Of a stretch of 64,000 nt of DNA, positions 44,701-59,700 are shown in pieces. The notes beneath the pieces are model-generated. The model worked only from the letters and a program-made list of their open reading frames with translations. It had not been told where the DNA came from and made no database searches. The stretch is taken from the NCBI GenBank assembly GCA_965215125.1, contig OZ244052.1, positions 2,080,001 to 2,144,000 on the forward strand. Reading direction: 5' to 3'. Both the position numbers and the translations under genes were made by a program. Source of the stretch: an uncultured candidatus Porisulfidus sp. (GTDB lineage Bacteria > Pseudomonadota > Gammaproteobacteria > Poriferisulfidales > Oxydemutatoraceae). Within the stretch, counting starts at the first letter, position 1; every line of letters begins with the position of its first letter.

Positions 44701-47700
44701 ACCGGTTTGAGACATCGATAGATGCCGACAACGATGGCTTGGTAGACCTTCATTATCTGGAAGATGTGGCAATGGTACATCTCAATTACCAAAGAGAGAT
44801 AGGTTATAGAAGAGGAGGTGAACTCAACACTTTAGGCTGTCCGAATGGTGTATGCCGTGGCTACGAGTTGATGCGAGACTTGGATTTCAACGACCCTGCC
44901 AGCTACCGAGACCCGGCCCGAAACGGTGTTATGCGTCGCTGGACCGGGCAAGGCTGGGATTCGCCTAACTTATCTAATGCCGTATTCAAAGGCAACGGCT
45001 ATGAGATATCCAATCTGAAAGTGACCGCCAATATAAGCAGAAACGATGCATTTTTCCATCTAGCCTTCGGCACCGATATAGACGGCTTGGGTTTAGTGAA
45101 TGTGGATATCAGTGCCGATAATGCCGCCGACCCACATAGCGTAGAGCTGGCGGGACTAGTTGGCACATTCGTCAACCAAATAGACAACCGCGGCACAATC
45201 CGCAATAGTTATGTGATCGGCGATATAAGAGGAGCAGGGTCGGCAAATATATCCGGTCTTACATATCGAGCAGTGGGGTATTCGGTAAGTAACAGCTACT
45301 TTATCGGCACGCTGAGATTACTGGGAAATAACAGGCGAGATAATGTTATCGTTAGTGCAAATGGACTGGTAACTTCTAGTGCAGGTTTCTCTTCCGATTC
45401 ACTCGGAAACAGCCGTGCGATCGGAAGAATCGAAACCGCGATCGAAAATGAACTTATAGATACGGCGATGTTAGGAGTGGACTCTACACGAAGTTTGAAC
45501 ATCGGCAATAGCTATGCCTCTATGCTGATGACTAGAGCGGGCGTGGCGCAAGGAAACCTGAGTAATAGCCTAGCGCGTATAACGAACAGCTATTTTGATC
45601 GCGACATTGCGAGGGTTGATGTGCCGGCAAGTCGAGCGAGCAGCGGTGCCGAGTTGCGGGCGACGACGATGACCGGTATTTTTGCCGATTGGGATGCCGA
45701 CGATTGGGATTTCGGTGGTGCCGGTCAATCTCCGGTGATCAAGTACAATTCCGATGAATGTCAACGCGCACGACACGACAACCCGTTGTGCGGCAAGATA
45801 CTCCCGCATCAGGGGAGCTTGATGGAGCGTTTTGAGCTACTCGGCAATGCCGGTCTCAGCCGACCTTTTGATTTTGCGATATTCAACGATTATGAGATTG
45901 TGGTCGGTGCCGACCAACAAGGTCTACGCTTTGTTGCCGAGGCTTTTGCTCCGAATGCCGATATTGTGGTCTATAAAACGACCACCGATGCCGAGGTGGT
46001 CAGAGTAAAGAGCGGTGCTGATACACCGCCGATTGCATTGAACACCGTCGGTGATACGCTATTGGATGTGGTCGTAGAAGAGGGCGAGGATCGCAAATCG
46101 TTCCGCTACCGCTTCAATGTTTCGCGCCTGAATGAGCGGATAGACCTCGCCGCAGTAGACGGCGACGACGGTTTCATAGATATTGCCACCCCCGAACAGT
46201 TGAATGCGATGCGTCATAGTTTGAACGGTAGTTTTTATAGGGCAAGCAGAAATGGTTCCCGAGTTTATTGCCGTATCGGCTGCCGCGGTTATGAGTTGAC
46301 AGCCGATATAGACTTGGCAGGAATAGACTGGCAACCTATCGGTCGCAATGGCGCGCGCTTCAATACGCATTTCAAAGGCAACGGCTATGTGATATCCAAC
46401 CTGACTATACACGACCCCGCTTTTGACGAGATAGGCATGTTTGCTTATTTGGGTGTGGATGCGAGGCTAGAAGATATCCACCTCAGAGATGCCTCTATCC
46501 GTAGTAGTAGATTTAGAAATACAATCGCTACTTTAGCAGTACGCAACTACGGTACTATATTCAATGGTCGTACCGAAAATGCCGATATTCTTGTCGGAGG
46601 TAATTTTGGTGGTGGTGCTTTGGTTTATGAAAACTTCGGTCGCATTATCAACAGCGGTGCAGTAGGCGGTATGATAAATCATCGATCCGGTGCTGCCGGC
46701 TTGGTACGTCTCAATCGCGGTACTATTAAAGATAGTTTTGCAACAATCGCCATTAACAATTTGTCGAACCGAGTTGGTTCCGGTTTAGTCTCAAGAAATT
46801 TTTCCGGCGGAGAAATAGACAATAGTTATGCACAGAGTATCATTTCCGGTAACAACGTCACTATAGCAGGTTTAGTAGATAATAACGAAGGCCTAATTAA
46901 TAATAGCTACGCAATCAATGGCCCTTTAGTGCGCACCGCATCGGGTAGCCTCGAAGTCGAAAACAGTTATTGGGATCGAGATACCGCCGCACCCGGAGCC
47001 ACCAGTGCCGGGGGTGCCGCTAGAACGACGATAGAACTGCAACTCGCCGACCGAGAAAAGAATAGTACCGATAATGTCTATAACACATGGGATACCGAAC
47101 AATGGCATTTCGGCAATGCCGATCAATATCCGACGGTACTGTATCACGGTACCGGTTTGTGCACCCAGCCGACTGAGGCACAACTACAAAGCTGCGATAC
47201 GCTGGTTTCAGCAGGGTTGTCGCAAGCCGACCGTGCGCTCGTCTGCCGTGACCGTTTGCTTAGAAATAGAGCAGACCCACCGTATTGCGGTGCATTGGTG
47301 CCGTATCAGAACCGCCGTGGTTTGATCGGACTGGAATTACCCACCGATACCCGTTTGGTGCCGGAATTCAGCCCCGAAGTGGAATCCTACAACTTGATGA
47401 CTAGCGGCACAATCACCGTATTCCATACCACACCGACTGCCTATTACCATACCGACACCGTAACCTTTAAGGTCGGCAACACCGAGCAGATCGTCGCTGA
47501 TAACACCCGCACCGAGGAGATAACCGTGAACAGAGCCGATGTCGATGCCGTGACCTTGTCGGTGCGCTCCGCCGCAGACACAACCCGCACATACACAATC
47601 AATTTAAGGTCTCCCGACTATCAAGACGATATAGACATACGGCTATCGGCATTGGATAACTTGAAGCTGTTTCCGGACTTTAATAAAAATACTGCCGACT

Positions 47701-50700
47701 ATCATTTGATCGCATATTCCGACACCGACCGAGTGCGCTTGACTACGACCGCGACCGATCCTTTGGGTTTCGTACCGAGTATTGAGATTACTGCCGATAA
47801 CGGTTTATCGCCGGTAGTACTGGAAGGTGTCGGCGTCGCAGAGGTGGTATTGAACCCCGACGCTGTGACCGAGATCACGGTCGTTGTAAGTGGTCAGCAG
47901 CGTTACCGTTTTGAATATCGCATCGTCGTAGAACGCCTCCCCTTCAGGAGCCGTTTGGACGGTAGCAACCTTATAGACAAAGACGGCAACGGTTTGATAG
48001 AGATCGACTATTTGGAACAGTTGGATGCGATGCGATACGGTTTGGACGGTCGCGGATATAGTTATGCGGTAGAGACAACCACGACCCTGATTAAGATAAA
48101 CAGCGGTTGTCCTGCCGGGGGTTGTCGCGGCTATGAATTAACCAAAGATTTAAGTTTTCTTGATGACGCAAGCTATATAGATGCACAGCGTGCGATGCCG
48201 TTGTGGACCGAAGGCACAGGTTGGCAGCCGATAGGCGATTTTAGCAATCCGTTCACCGCCGAGTTCATCGCCGACGGATACACGATATCGGGTCTGAGAA
48301 TCAATCGGCGCAATACCGACAATATCGGTCTATTCGGAGTAGTCTCAAATGCGAAGATTAGGGGTATCGGTGTATTGAATGCGGAACTTAGAGGAGCGAG
48401 TAATGTCGGTATTCTGGCCGGTAGTAGCCGAGAAAGTAGTAATATCATCAATAGTTATGCAACCGGTACGGTGCGCGCCGTGAATAACGGTGGTGGTTTG
48501 ATCGGGGTTTATCAAGGCAACATCGTTCACAGCCATGCCAATGTCTCGGTTGAAGTCAATGCCACCGCCGGTGGTTTGGTCGGTGAATTATTGCCCGGGA
48601 ATATCCGTAAGAGTCATGTGTCCGGTGCAGTATATTCGTTTTCCGGTATTGCCGGCGGTTTGGTGGGTGAGGTTGAAAACGCCACGATTTCGGATAGTTA
48701 TGCGACTGCTACGATCAACGCGAGTAGAAGTGGCGGCTTGGTGGGTTCGGTGACCTCGCACAGTCCGGAGGCGGTAGGTGTACGGATTAACAACAGCTAC
48801 GCGATCGGGGTAAATCGCTCCGCTCAAAGTGCCGGTTTGGTTCTCAATGTGTTAAATGTGCCGATCGAAGTCAACTACAGCTATTGGGATGTAGATACCA
48901 GCGGAGTTCGCAACGGTCTCGGTGGCACGAGCAGAACCACCGTTGAACTGCAATCTACGACAACCGAGATCTACAATAACTGGCGTTCCGAGATATGGGA
49001 TTTCGGCAATAATATGCAGTACCCGAGGCTCAAATACACGACTGCCACCGATACACTCGGTAGTCCTCCGATATGCCGTTCCGCTTCGGATATATCGTCG
49101 CGGTTACCGGTGTGCGATGAATTGCTACCCGATCAGTATATCGGTTTGACCGATTTGGTATTCTCGAGCGAGGTTTTGCAGCTGATCCCGGCGTTTAACT
49201 CGAACATATACGACTACACACTGGTGCTAAAAGCCGACGAGACCGGATTCCACACTACGCCGACTTATGTCGGGACTGTGTATCGCCTATCGGTGGATAA
49301 TAATGATTTGGGCAACCTTGCCAGCGGCACGGCATCGTCGCGTATCCCGGTTACTGCTTCGGGCAGTACGAGGATCGAGCTCGGAAAAGGTGGTGTAGTC
49401 TACACCTTCACCGCGTTGCGTCATCCGTATTTGAGGATAAACGATATGGATGTAGACGACGACGGTTTGATAGAAATACGCAACCGCACGGAGTTGGATG
49501 CGATGCGCTATCAACCGGATGGTAGCGGCTACAGATCACCTACGGTAAACGAAAAAATTAGCGTAGGATGTCCGCCTGTTACCGGTTGTGTCGGGTACGA
49601 ACTGGCGGCGAGCATCGACCTTTCCGGTGCCGATTGGGATCCGGTAGGAAGAATTAACCCTGCAACACTAGATTGTAGCGATGGGAACAGTCGATGCTTT
49701 GCGGCGATCTTTGACGGCAATCGGGCATTGGGCTACGAGATTTCCGGTTTAAGCATTGCCACCCCGAACAGAGATAATGTCGGGCTATTCGCACATTTGA
49801 GTGCCGATGCCGAGATCCTAAACCTCACTTTGTCCGATGTGTCGGTCGCCGGTTGGGGCGGTGTCGGTGCTTTGGCGGGTTATAACGCCGGTATCGTTCG
49901 CAATGTACAGGTCGCCGGCGAGGTTGACGGAGAAAGCGATGTCGGTGGCGTTATCGGTTATAACGTCGGTCGTTTATCGAGTGTTCGTGCCGACCCGATT
50001 AGAGTTGTCGGTAATAATATCGAAGGCGGCTACGGCGAGCTGATCGGCGGTTTGGTCGGTCGCAGTTTAGGTGGTTCTATCGTGGACAGTGGTGCTACGG
50101 GCGAAGTGATAGGCAGGGCTTTTGTCGGCGGTTTAGTCGGTGAGAGCGACGGTTTGATTGAGGGGAGTTTTGCCGATGCTGTGGTGATCGACACCGGTGC
50201 GAGCGATGGCGAAAGCTACGCCATTGGTGGCTTGGTCGGCTATAACACCGATAAGATATACAATAGTTATGCGGGTGGGTCGGTGTCGGGCAGTAGCAGT
50301 GTCGGAGGCTTGGTCGGAATCAATTATCAAAGTTTCAACAACGAAGGGCGCATAGTTAACAGCTATGCGATCGGGTCGGTATTGGGCATCAATGCGATCG
50401 GCGGCTTGGTCGGTCGCAACGAGCATAACGGCAAAGTATCGGCAAGCTATGCGCTGGGTGAAGTATCGGGCGATGTCCGCGTCGGTGGCTTGGTCGGCTT
50501 GAATTTCGGTACACTGGTGAATACGTATGCAACCGGTGCCACCAACTCAAAACAGAAAGTCGGTGGCTTGGTCGGCGACAATTTGAATACAAGCGACAGG
50601 AGCATCGTCAATAGTTATGCTATCGGACGAGTGAGCGATGTAAGCGAGTCCGGCGGCTTGGTCGGTTTTAATCTTCGTTACTCGGATATACGTAGCATTA

Positions 50701-53700
50701 GACATAGCTACTGGAATCTAGAGACCGCCGGCGTGATAGATAGCCGCCTCGGCATCGGTCAAACGACGGTAGCACTGCTAACACCGACCGCTGCGACCGG
50801 CATCTATGCGAATTGGGATACAAACCTATGGGATTTCGGCACCTCCGAACACTATCCACAACTGCGGTATGGACGAGGAGACGATAGCGACAACCCGGCG
50901 TGCGGCGGTGGCGGGCAGCCGACTTGCGGTAGCGTACGGAGCTACGGATTGAGCGACCTACAAGTTCTCGGAAGCGTGCTGTTCTCGCCGCGATTTACAA
51001 CCCCTAGACTGCGCTATCGTATCGCTGCGTATGTTGAGTTGTCCGGTTCGCTGCGTCTGATACCACACGCAACGGATCCTGACTCGATGATTACGATCGC
51101 TTATAACGGAAACGAGATAAATGTTGCCGACGGTGCCGTCAGCGATCCGATCGTACTCAACCCCGGCGTTGACGATGCGATTATCGTGTCGGTTAGAAAT
51201 ACCGGAGGTACCATTGAATATATTTTAGAGATAGATTATTCCGGCTTTGATAGCGATAGAATTTTAGCCGATTCCGACGGCGACGGTCTGATAGAAATTA
51301 CGACATTGGATGACCTGTATGCGGTACGCTATGGTCTAGACGGCAGTGCATACATCCATATACTACCCGATGGTGAGTTATTGCCTATCGCTGAAGGATG
51401 TCCGACCACTCCGACCGTCGGTTGCAAAGGCTACGAACTGACGCGAGACTTGGACTTTCGCGATGCCGCAAGCTATCGCTCGGGTGTGGTCAATACCAAG
51501 TGGGCGGATAATTGGAATCCTATAGGAGACGACGATAATCAATTCAATGCCGTGTTCGATGGTAATGGATATTACCTTCGCAATTTGAGTTTGCGCGGTA
51601 CTAGAACTAAAGACGCAATCGGATTGTTCCACACCTTAGGTCGGAATGCTGAAGTTAAGAATCTACGCTTGCGAGGCGTTAATATCTACGATGTAATCGG
51701 GCGTGCCTTTAATAGCAGGAGAGCGGAGAAGCAAGGGAGTTTGGCGGGCGAGAACCGTGGTCGCATATACGATGTCGGTGTAAGTGATATCACCGCACTG
51801 GTAGGCTCCAGCTATAATCGGCGTGCGCTTAAGCAAAGTCGCTTCGGTGGTCTGGTCGGTGTCAATAGAGGTGGTGAGATTAGTCATAGCTTTGCACAGG
51901 TCTATATCTATTCGTTTTCTCCTCACAGTGGTATTTTTGGGGACATCGTAGGTGGCTTGGTCGGCAGGAATGATAGAGGTGCGAAGATTAAAAATAGCTA
52001 TGCGACCGGCGCGATAAGCGGGCATTGTCGGCTCGGTGGCTTGGTCGGGGAGCATGTCTCGGCAAACCGCAACACCGCAGAGAATATCAGCACGATCGAG
52101 AACAGCTATGCAAGGGTCAACACGAATAAGGTATTGAATGTAAAATGCATTGATGAAGTTTTCAATGTTGAAGGATTTGTCCAAGGGTTCGGTGGTTTGG
52201 TCGGCTTTATGGATCAAGCCGATATCGTCAACAGCTATGCGGCAGCGCGCCAGTCGGGAGGTGTTTTAGGTTTGATCGGGCGGGTGCGTGGCACCGCCTC
52301 CGCTGCAAACAGCTATTGGGATAATATCCTTAACGATAAACAATCTGCTTCTACAGGTGTCGGTGAAACCACCGCATTCGGTGGTCAAACCACCGCCGTG
52401 CTACAAGGGACGACGACGACAATCGGTATTTATGCAAGTTGGAACAGTGACGATTGGGATTTCGGCACCGACGAGCAATATCCGACACTGAAGGCTGCCG
52501 ACGGTAGTATCGCAATGCAAATACTGGATGATTCGTTGGTGCGTAATGTAGAAGTGAGAAATGCCGTAATAGCCAAAATAAACGATATAACCAGAGATTT
52601 TAATCATAGTAGAAATAGTAACAGATACGCGATTTATGTAGACAGTACTCGATTACCGTTAGCGATTACATTCATCACCACACCGACCGTTCCCGGTTTG
52701 GAGACTACACTTTATTGTGGCGATGTGCGATGTCCGCTTGTCGGCATCGGTGACACGCTGATGTTGGGTCATTCGGATATACAAGAAATCACACTGGCGG
52801 CCGGAGCGGGCAATCGGGTTATGAGATATTATTTTGATATAGTCCGCGAAGATCTAACATTGGATAATGTTACTACGATCAACCTGAAAGAAGGTGACAC
52901 CTTCACGGTCAGCGGGGACTACGCCGGCAATTCGGATATAAATTGGTCGCAAATCGCCGGCCCGACTATAGGCATTGCCGATGCAAATAGCTTGAACCTT
53001 AAATTGATACCGCAAGTCAATCTGATCGCTAATGATTCCGAACACAGCGATGTTCGGTTTAGGTTGGCAGTCTCGGTTGACGATAAAAACGGCAACCCTC
53101 AAGTTTATCTCGGCAGAGAGATATCGGCGCGTATCAACAAAGTGAATAACGGACCGATAACGGGAGATATTACACTGGCACTGAATAACGACAAAATTAC
53201 CGTAACCGAAAACCTGAGCGATATTGACGGTAGCCTTACTAATGCAGTGAGACAATTCCAACGACGTTCTATAGGCGGCAACTGGGCTGATACAAATTTA
53301 ACCGGGAGTGGTCTGGAGTATACGGCACCCCGCGAAGCCATAGACTATCAATATCGTTTAATCGGTACCTATATAGACGGGCAAGGTTACCGAGACCCTG
53401 TCGTATCCAATACGATTATCGTTCCTGCGATATCTATTTCTCTCCTCTCGGATACCGACAATGATTCGGTTGCAAATGACGACGACATAGACGACGACAA
53501 CGACGGTTTGATAGAGATTCGGTATTTGGAAGATCTAAATGCCATCCGCTATCAGTTGGACGGCAGCGGCTATAGGGCGAGTGCGAGTGCCGATCTGAAC
53601 ACTCGCGGTTGCCCGAACACCGGATGCTTCGGCTACGAGTTGACTAGGAATCTCAATTTCACCGCTGCGGGTGCCTATCGCTCGGGGGTGGTGAATGGCG

Positions 53701-56700
53701 CGTGGACGGTAAGCGACGGCCAATTCACTACTACCGCCGAGGGTTGGCAACCTATAGGTGGCGCGTTCAATGCGACATTCAACGGCAATGGTTATTTTAT
53801 TGCCCGCATGTCTATAAGCCGTAGCAGTGTCGGCACTAGATCGAATGTCGGTTTGTTTTCCGAGATTGGTGCAAACGGCAAGATTGAAAACTTAGTTATT
53901 GATTTTCCTGCTATCAAAGGTTTGGCGGGGGTTAAAAATGTCGGCAGTATCACCGGGTTGTTGCGGCGCGGCGGTGTGATCCGAAATAGTGATGTGTACG
54001 GTACTAGAGATGCCGGTTCATCGTTGCGTGTAATACGCACCGATCGAGGTTCGGTAGGCGGCTTGGTTGGTGTCAACGAAGGTTATATACTCAACAGTGG
54101 CGCACGAATTAATGTGAGTGTACAGGACTCCGACAGTACTATCTCGAATAACGGTAATGTGACCGTAGGCGGCTTGGTCGGTAGGAATCGCAACGGCGGG
54201 AGGATCCACAATAGCTTTTATGCAAGGGGCGAGATAGTCGGGCATTGCATCGCCGGTGGTTTAGTCGGCTCTCAGGAGACCGCCGGGGGTAGTGGTGATG
54301 CAATCAGTGAGATCAAAAATAGCTATGTGTTTCACGATAGCCGCGTGTTAATGAGGAATGCTTCATGTACGACACGATATCTCGGTGGTTTGGTCGGTAG
54401 ACACCTTAACGGAAAGTCAATCATTGCCGATAGCTATGCCGGTGGTAGAGCTTATGCGCTGTCATTAACGCCCGGAGGAGGATCTCAATGTAATGGACAA
54501 GGGAGTTTTGGTAGGATAGCCAACGTTCAAGCACAAACCGATATCCGTATAGCCGGCTTGCTAAACTATACCCCCGGAACAGATAGAGTACCCACGAATA
54601 GCTATTGGAGGCGCGAGCCTTACGCATGTGTCCAATCAGTACCTGTTTTCGGTGCTTTCGTTCCTATTGATACGCTTGCCGTGACGCAAGCAGATATCGG
54701 TAATAGAAGATCAGAGAATAATTTAAGGAATCCTACAGCCCCCTGCCTTTCCTCGAGTTGCACGACTTATGAAGATTGGAATGCCGATGACTGGGATTTC
54801 GGCACCGATGCCCAGTACGCACTGCTCAGATATACCGAAGGCACGAACAGCGCAGACCCCGCCTGCGACTTTAACGATCGCACACCGTTGCCGAGGTGTG
54901 GTGCGTTTTTGTCCGGGCAGCCGAACAGGAATTTGGTGTCTCCACGCTTACCTACACTTTCGGTAATCCCGCCGCAGGCGGTGATCGGGTATACGCTAAA
55001 CGGGGTTAGTTCGGTACTGAATACGCTAAACACCCTAACATTGAACGAAGGGGACACGCTGAGCTTAGATGCCGGAAACAGCTTTTCCTCGGACACTGCG
55101 GCATTGAATTATAGATGGAAACAAACGAGCGGTCCCGAACTATTATCGGGAACGAATGCGAAATCGATGATTCGTTTCAATGTACGCAATGATTTGTTGC
55201 CTATGGCTACGGATCGCGGGCGAGCGATTATCAGATTGGAAGTCTTAAAGAGAGATAATCCCGGTTTATCGGCGTTTGAGTATATAACGATAAACATAAT
55301 AAAAACCAACCGTATCGGCAGTGGCTCGGTCTACTGGGTGGATACCTCTCTTATTGCACCCACCGAAATTATTGATGCCGACGGCACTCCCATTACCGAT
55401 ATCGGATATCAATGGCAACGCAGGATGAGCGGTAGTTTGGTTGATATTGCCGAAGAAACCGAAGCAATTTATAGAGTACCCGACAATGCGGTGAACGGCG
55501 AATATCGGTTGAAGCTCAGCTATACCGACGGGCAAGGTTATGCCGACACTATATTCATTTCTGCACCAACGTATTCACCCACCAGGACGGTGGATACCGA
55601 TGCAGACGGTTTGATAGACATCTTCTATATCGAGCAGTTGAACGCGATCCGTTATCAGCTCGGCGGAACCTCTTATAAAGCGAGTATGAATGCCACGCCG
55701 AATACTAAAGGCTGTCCGAGCGGTAGCTGTAAGGGCTACGAATTGCTTAGAGACCTGGATTTTGACGAACCCGACAGTTATAGCAATACTGCAAGCAATG
55801 TTGTGGAACGGTGGAACGATTGGGATCCGATAGGGACTGTCGTAAACAGGCATCAAGGTTTTTGCTCGGGATCCAATCAATGTTTCACGGGTATTTTCGA
55901 AGGCAACGAATATACGATTTCCAATATAAGAATACGAGATGGCGCATTTAGTACTGGTGTAGGCTTTTTTGCCGCGGTAAGCGGAACTGCCGAGATCAGG
56001 CGAGTACGCATGGCAAAGGTTGATGTACTCGGTGGTTTTGCAGTCGGTACATTGGTCGGAGGTTTTGCCGGTGGTAAAATTATCGACAGCCACGTACTGA
56101 GCGGTCTTGTTAGAGCTAATCGTGAGGACGGAGGGTGTTTGGTAGGCGAGGTACGCGGGACGAATGTAGAGATCAGCAATAGTTCTGCGCGCTGTGACCT
56201 AATCGGTTCTGTTAGGTTAGGTGGCTTAGTCGGTATGGGAAATCCCACAATCAGCAATAGTTTTGCGACCGGTACTATGAAACTTGAATTTAATAACGAG
56301 CGCGGTGAAGAGATTGGCTACGGCGGATTGATCGGTGTTTTAACGCAATCCGGGAGCATTGAAAATAGTTCTTCTACGATGAGTATAACAACCGAAGCAG
56401 CAAGGCAGAATTCTTCGGGATTCGAACATGGGCTCGGTGGCTTGGCCGGTATCACTAAAACCAACACATCGATTAAAAATAGTTATGCAACCGGTGATAT
56501 GACCGCACGTCGACCTAATTTCAATAATATCAGAGTCGGTGGTTTGGTCGGCATCTCGGTAAGCGATATTAGCGGTAGTTATGCGACGGGTAATGTGAAC
56601 CGATTTGGAAATGATGTAATTAATATCATGGGTGGTTTGGTAGGTGAGAACAAAGGAGCGATTAGCGATAGCTATGCAACCGGAAATGTGCGCGGGAACG

Positions 56701-59700
56701 ATAAGATCGGCGGTTTGGTCGGCGTGAACGAAGGCACCGTCAATAATAGTTATGCCATCGGCGATGTTACGGGAGGACTAAGTATCGGTGGTTTGGCCGG
56801 CGAAATGAGCGGGAATATCTCTAATAGTCATGCGACCGGAAAAATATCTATAAATGCCGGTAATAACATCACACTAAGGGCAGGTGGCTTAATCGGAGAT
56901 ATCAGGACTGGTACTGTTAGTAATAGCTATGCATCGGGCATTTTGAGTACCTCAGCCTCGAATGGGGCTGGTTTGGGTGGCTTGGTCGGCTATAATAACG
57001 ATCCCGGTACCATCAATAACAGCTATGCAGCGGTTTCATTTCGTGCGGCCGGAGCAAATAGAGGTGGTTTAGTCGGTAGTAATGTGAGCGGAAATGGAAT
57101 TAGCAACAGCTATTCCATCTCCGAAGGTTTAAGCGACATACGCGGTAGAGGGCTCGTAAACTTTAATATCGGGAGATCACAACGAAGTTATTGGGATATT
57201 GACCGTAGCGGTCAATTTTCCGATGGTAGTGGCGGTACACTCGGCTTTAGTTCCGAAATCTTAAAATTGATGTCGGTACCGGGTGTAAATAGGCACCCGT
57301 ATATCAACTGGAGTACCGAGCATTGGGATTCCGGCACCACCGAACAATACCCTGCAATCAGATATCACGATAGCACTTGTAGCACCAACACGCCGTCTGC
57401 GAATTGTAGAAATATACTACCGCGGCAACGCTTAGGCTTACGAGATTTACGGTTCACGCAAATTGGCGGAAGGAGGCAGTTGCAAATTTCTCCTTCCTTC
57501 AACAATGCGGTAATCAAGAACGATTTCGATCGGGAGGCTATCGAGAACTATACCGTATTAGTAGACAGCAAAACTTCCGGAATTGAAATTTCCGCAACTG
57601 CGTCCGATCCCGCCGGCATGATTACGATAAACGGTTCGTCGATGTCGGTGGGTTCGGCGAACTATGTTTTGGTCCCCGATTTTCCCGATGCAATGACCCT
57701 AAACATATCGGTATCGCAACCCTACGAGATAACCGGCAAAGAAAATCTGGATGTGGAATATCATTTGACTCTCGGTACTTTCCCCGAGATAAATACTATC
57801 ACTCGCAACGCTGCGGAGAATGAACACGCGCAATCGTTAAGTGATTCGGTGCCGATAAGAGAAGGCCATTTCATAACCTTGACCGGCAGATTTATAGACC
57901 TGGACGGCGACGATTTACGCTATGAATGGACGGTCGATGAAACGCAAGTATCGCTTTTAGACCGCGCTGCGCTCAACGGAGTCGTGGCCGGCGGTTCGGG
58001 CAACGCCGCACTTTCGTTCTATCTGCGCGAAGATTTCATCGCCGCCGATCGATCCTCCGAGACGGTGCGTGCATCGCTGACAGTGAGCGATTCCGACGGA
58101 TCAACTGTGGTTAGGGAACAATCATTCGTCGTCGTCAAGTACGATAACGGTACGATAGACGGCATTAGCACCCCGACGCGGATAGGCTTAATTTATACCG
58201 CACCGGCACTCGATCGCGTGCAGTTGGCGGAGGACCCCGACGGTGCCGGCAACCCGAATGACATTCGCTACCGATGGCAGCAGCAATTGGATGGTAGCTG
58301 GTCCGATGTCGTCAATGGGAGTCTCGGAAGCTATACTATCGGTGGTGCGATTGCCGATTATTACAGAGTAGTACTGAACTACAGCGACGGACAAGGTTAC
58401 CGCAAGGATATCGTGTCCGCGCCGGTGCCGGCATCGCCCGAGTTTGTACGGGAAGTGATACCTACTTCCGAAGGCGGCAGCCTTGAGGTATTTCTGGACG
58501 CGGCCGGTTTAACACCCGAATTTCAAAGAACACGAGAGGAATACGATGTACCCTCCGACACCGATAGCGTTGATATCGTGGTGATTTCGCGTAGCGATGC
58601 GGTCTATGTCAACAATATGCGTATTCAAGGAAGGGTAACAACGGCAGATTTAGATTATGGCGATAATAAGATTATTGTTGAGTTGCGAGGTGAGGATAGT
58701 AGCACCCGAAGCTATACGATTTACCGAGCGTACGATGTTTCGCTACATCGCTGGGGTGTTGCATGGCAAGGGGTTTCCCCTCAAACTTTAGATTTTCTCG
58801 GCACCGATCTAGAACCGGATCCGCCGGTACGAATTTCCAATGATGTAGATTCGATCACGGTGACCGCAAGAGTGAACGAGTTGATAGATATAACCATTCG
58901 CTCGGCAGGGAGTACGGTCGGTTCTATCACGACCTCAACTCAAGCGGATGAACTGGTCGCACAAGCGAAGATTAGCGATTTAGCCTTAGGCGAGCATAGT
59001 ATCGAGTTTTTGCTGACCTCTCCCGACCGACGAAGCACCGCCTCACATATCGTAAAAGTATGGCGTAGATATAGCAGTCGGTTGAAGAATTTATCCGTAG
59101 TTGGCATGCAGCCGTCGATATTTAATCCCGAAAGATTGGAATATTTTGTGTCTATACCCAATCATTGGGAGGCTTTAAATTTGAACTTTGAAACGAACGA
59201 AAGGGCAACGCTTTTCGTACAAGGTGCGAGCATATCGGGAGGATCAACCGTTGCCACTAATCTTAGAATCGGTAGAAATACCGTTCCGATCAGGGTGACG
59301 GCACCGCGTGAACAGGATACTATTTACACGATTATCGTCATGCGTCGATACAATTTGGATTTGCGCAGTTTGAGTCTGACCGATTTGCAGATGACCCCGG
59401 TCGCGTTGTCGCCGGCATTTGCTTCTACAAGACACACTTATACCGCAGTAGTCGCCGCTGAAACATCGCGGGTTACGGTGACATTCGCAACCGACTTGGA
59501 GCTAAGATCCTCGGTCAAGGCACCCGGCCCGGTAACCGTCAACGAAAAAACGATACAAAATAATGATCCCGACGATCGGATAGAGAAAACTACATCGATA
59601 CCGCTGAGCTTCGGTGAAAATACTATAGTAATCGAGACATCGGCATTAGGACAACGACAGGCTACCACACTTACGGTTACTCGTCTTAGAAGTAGTAATG

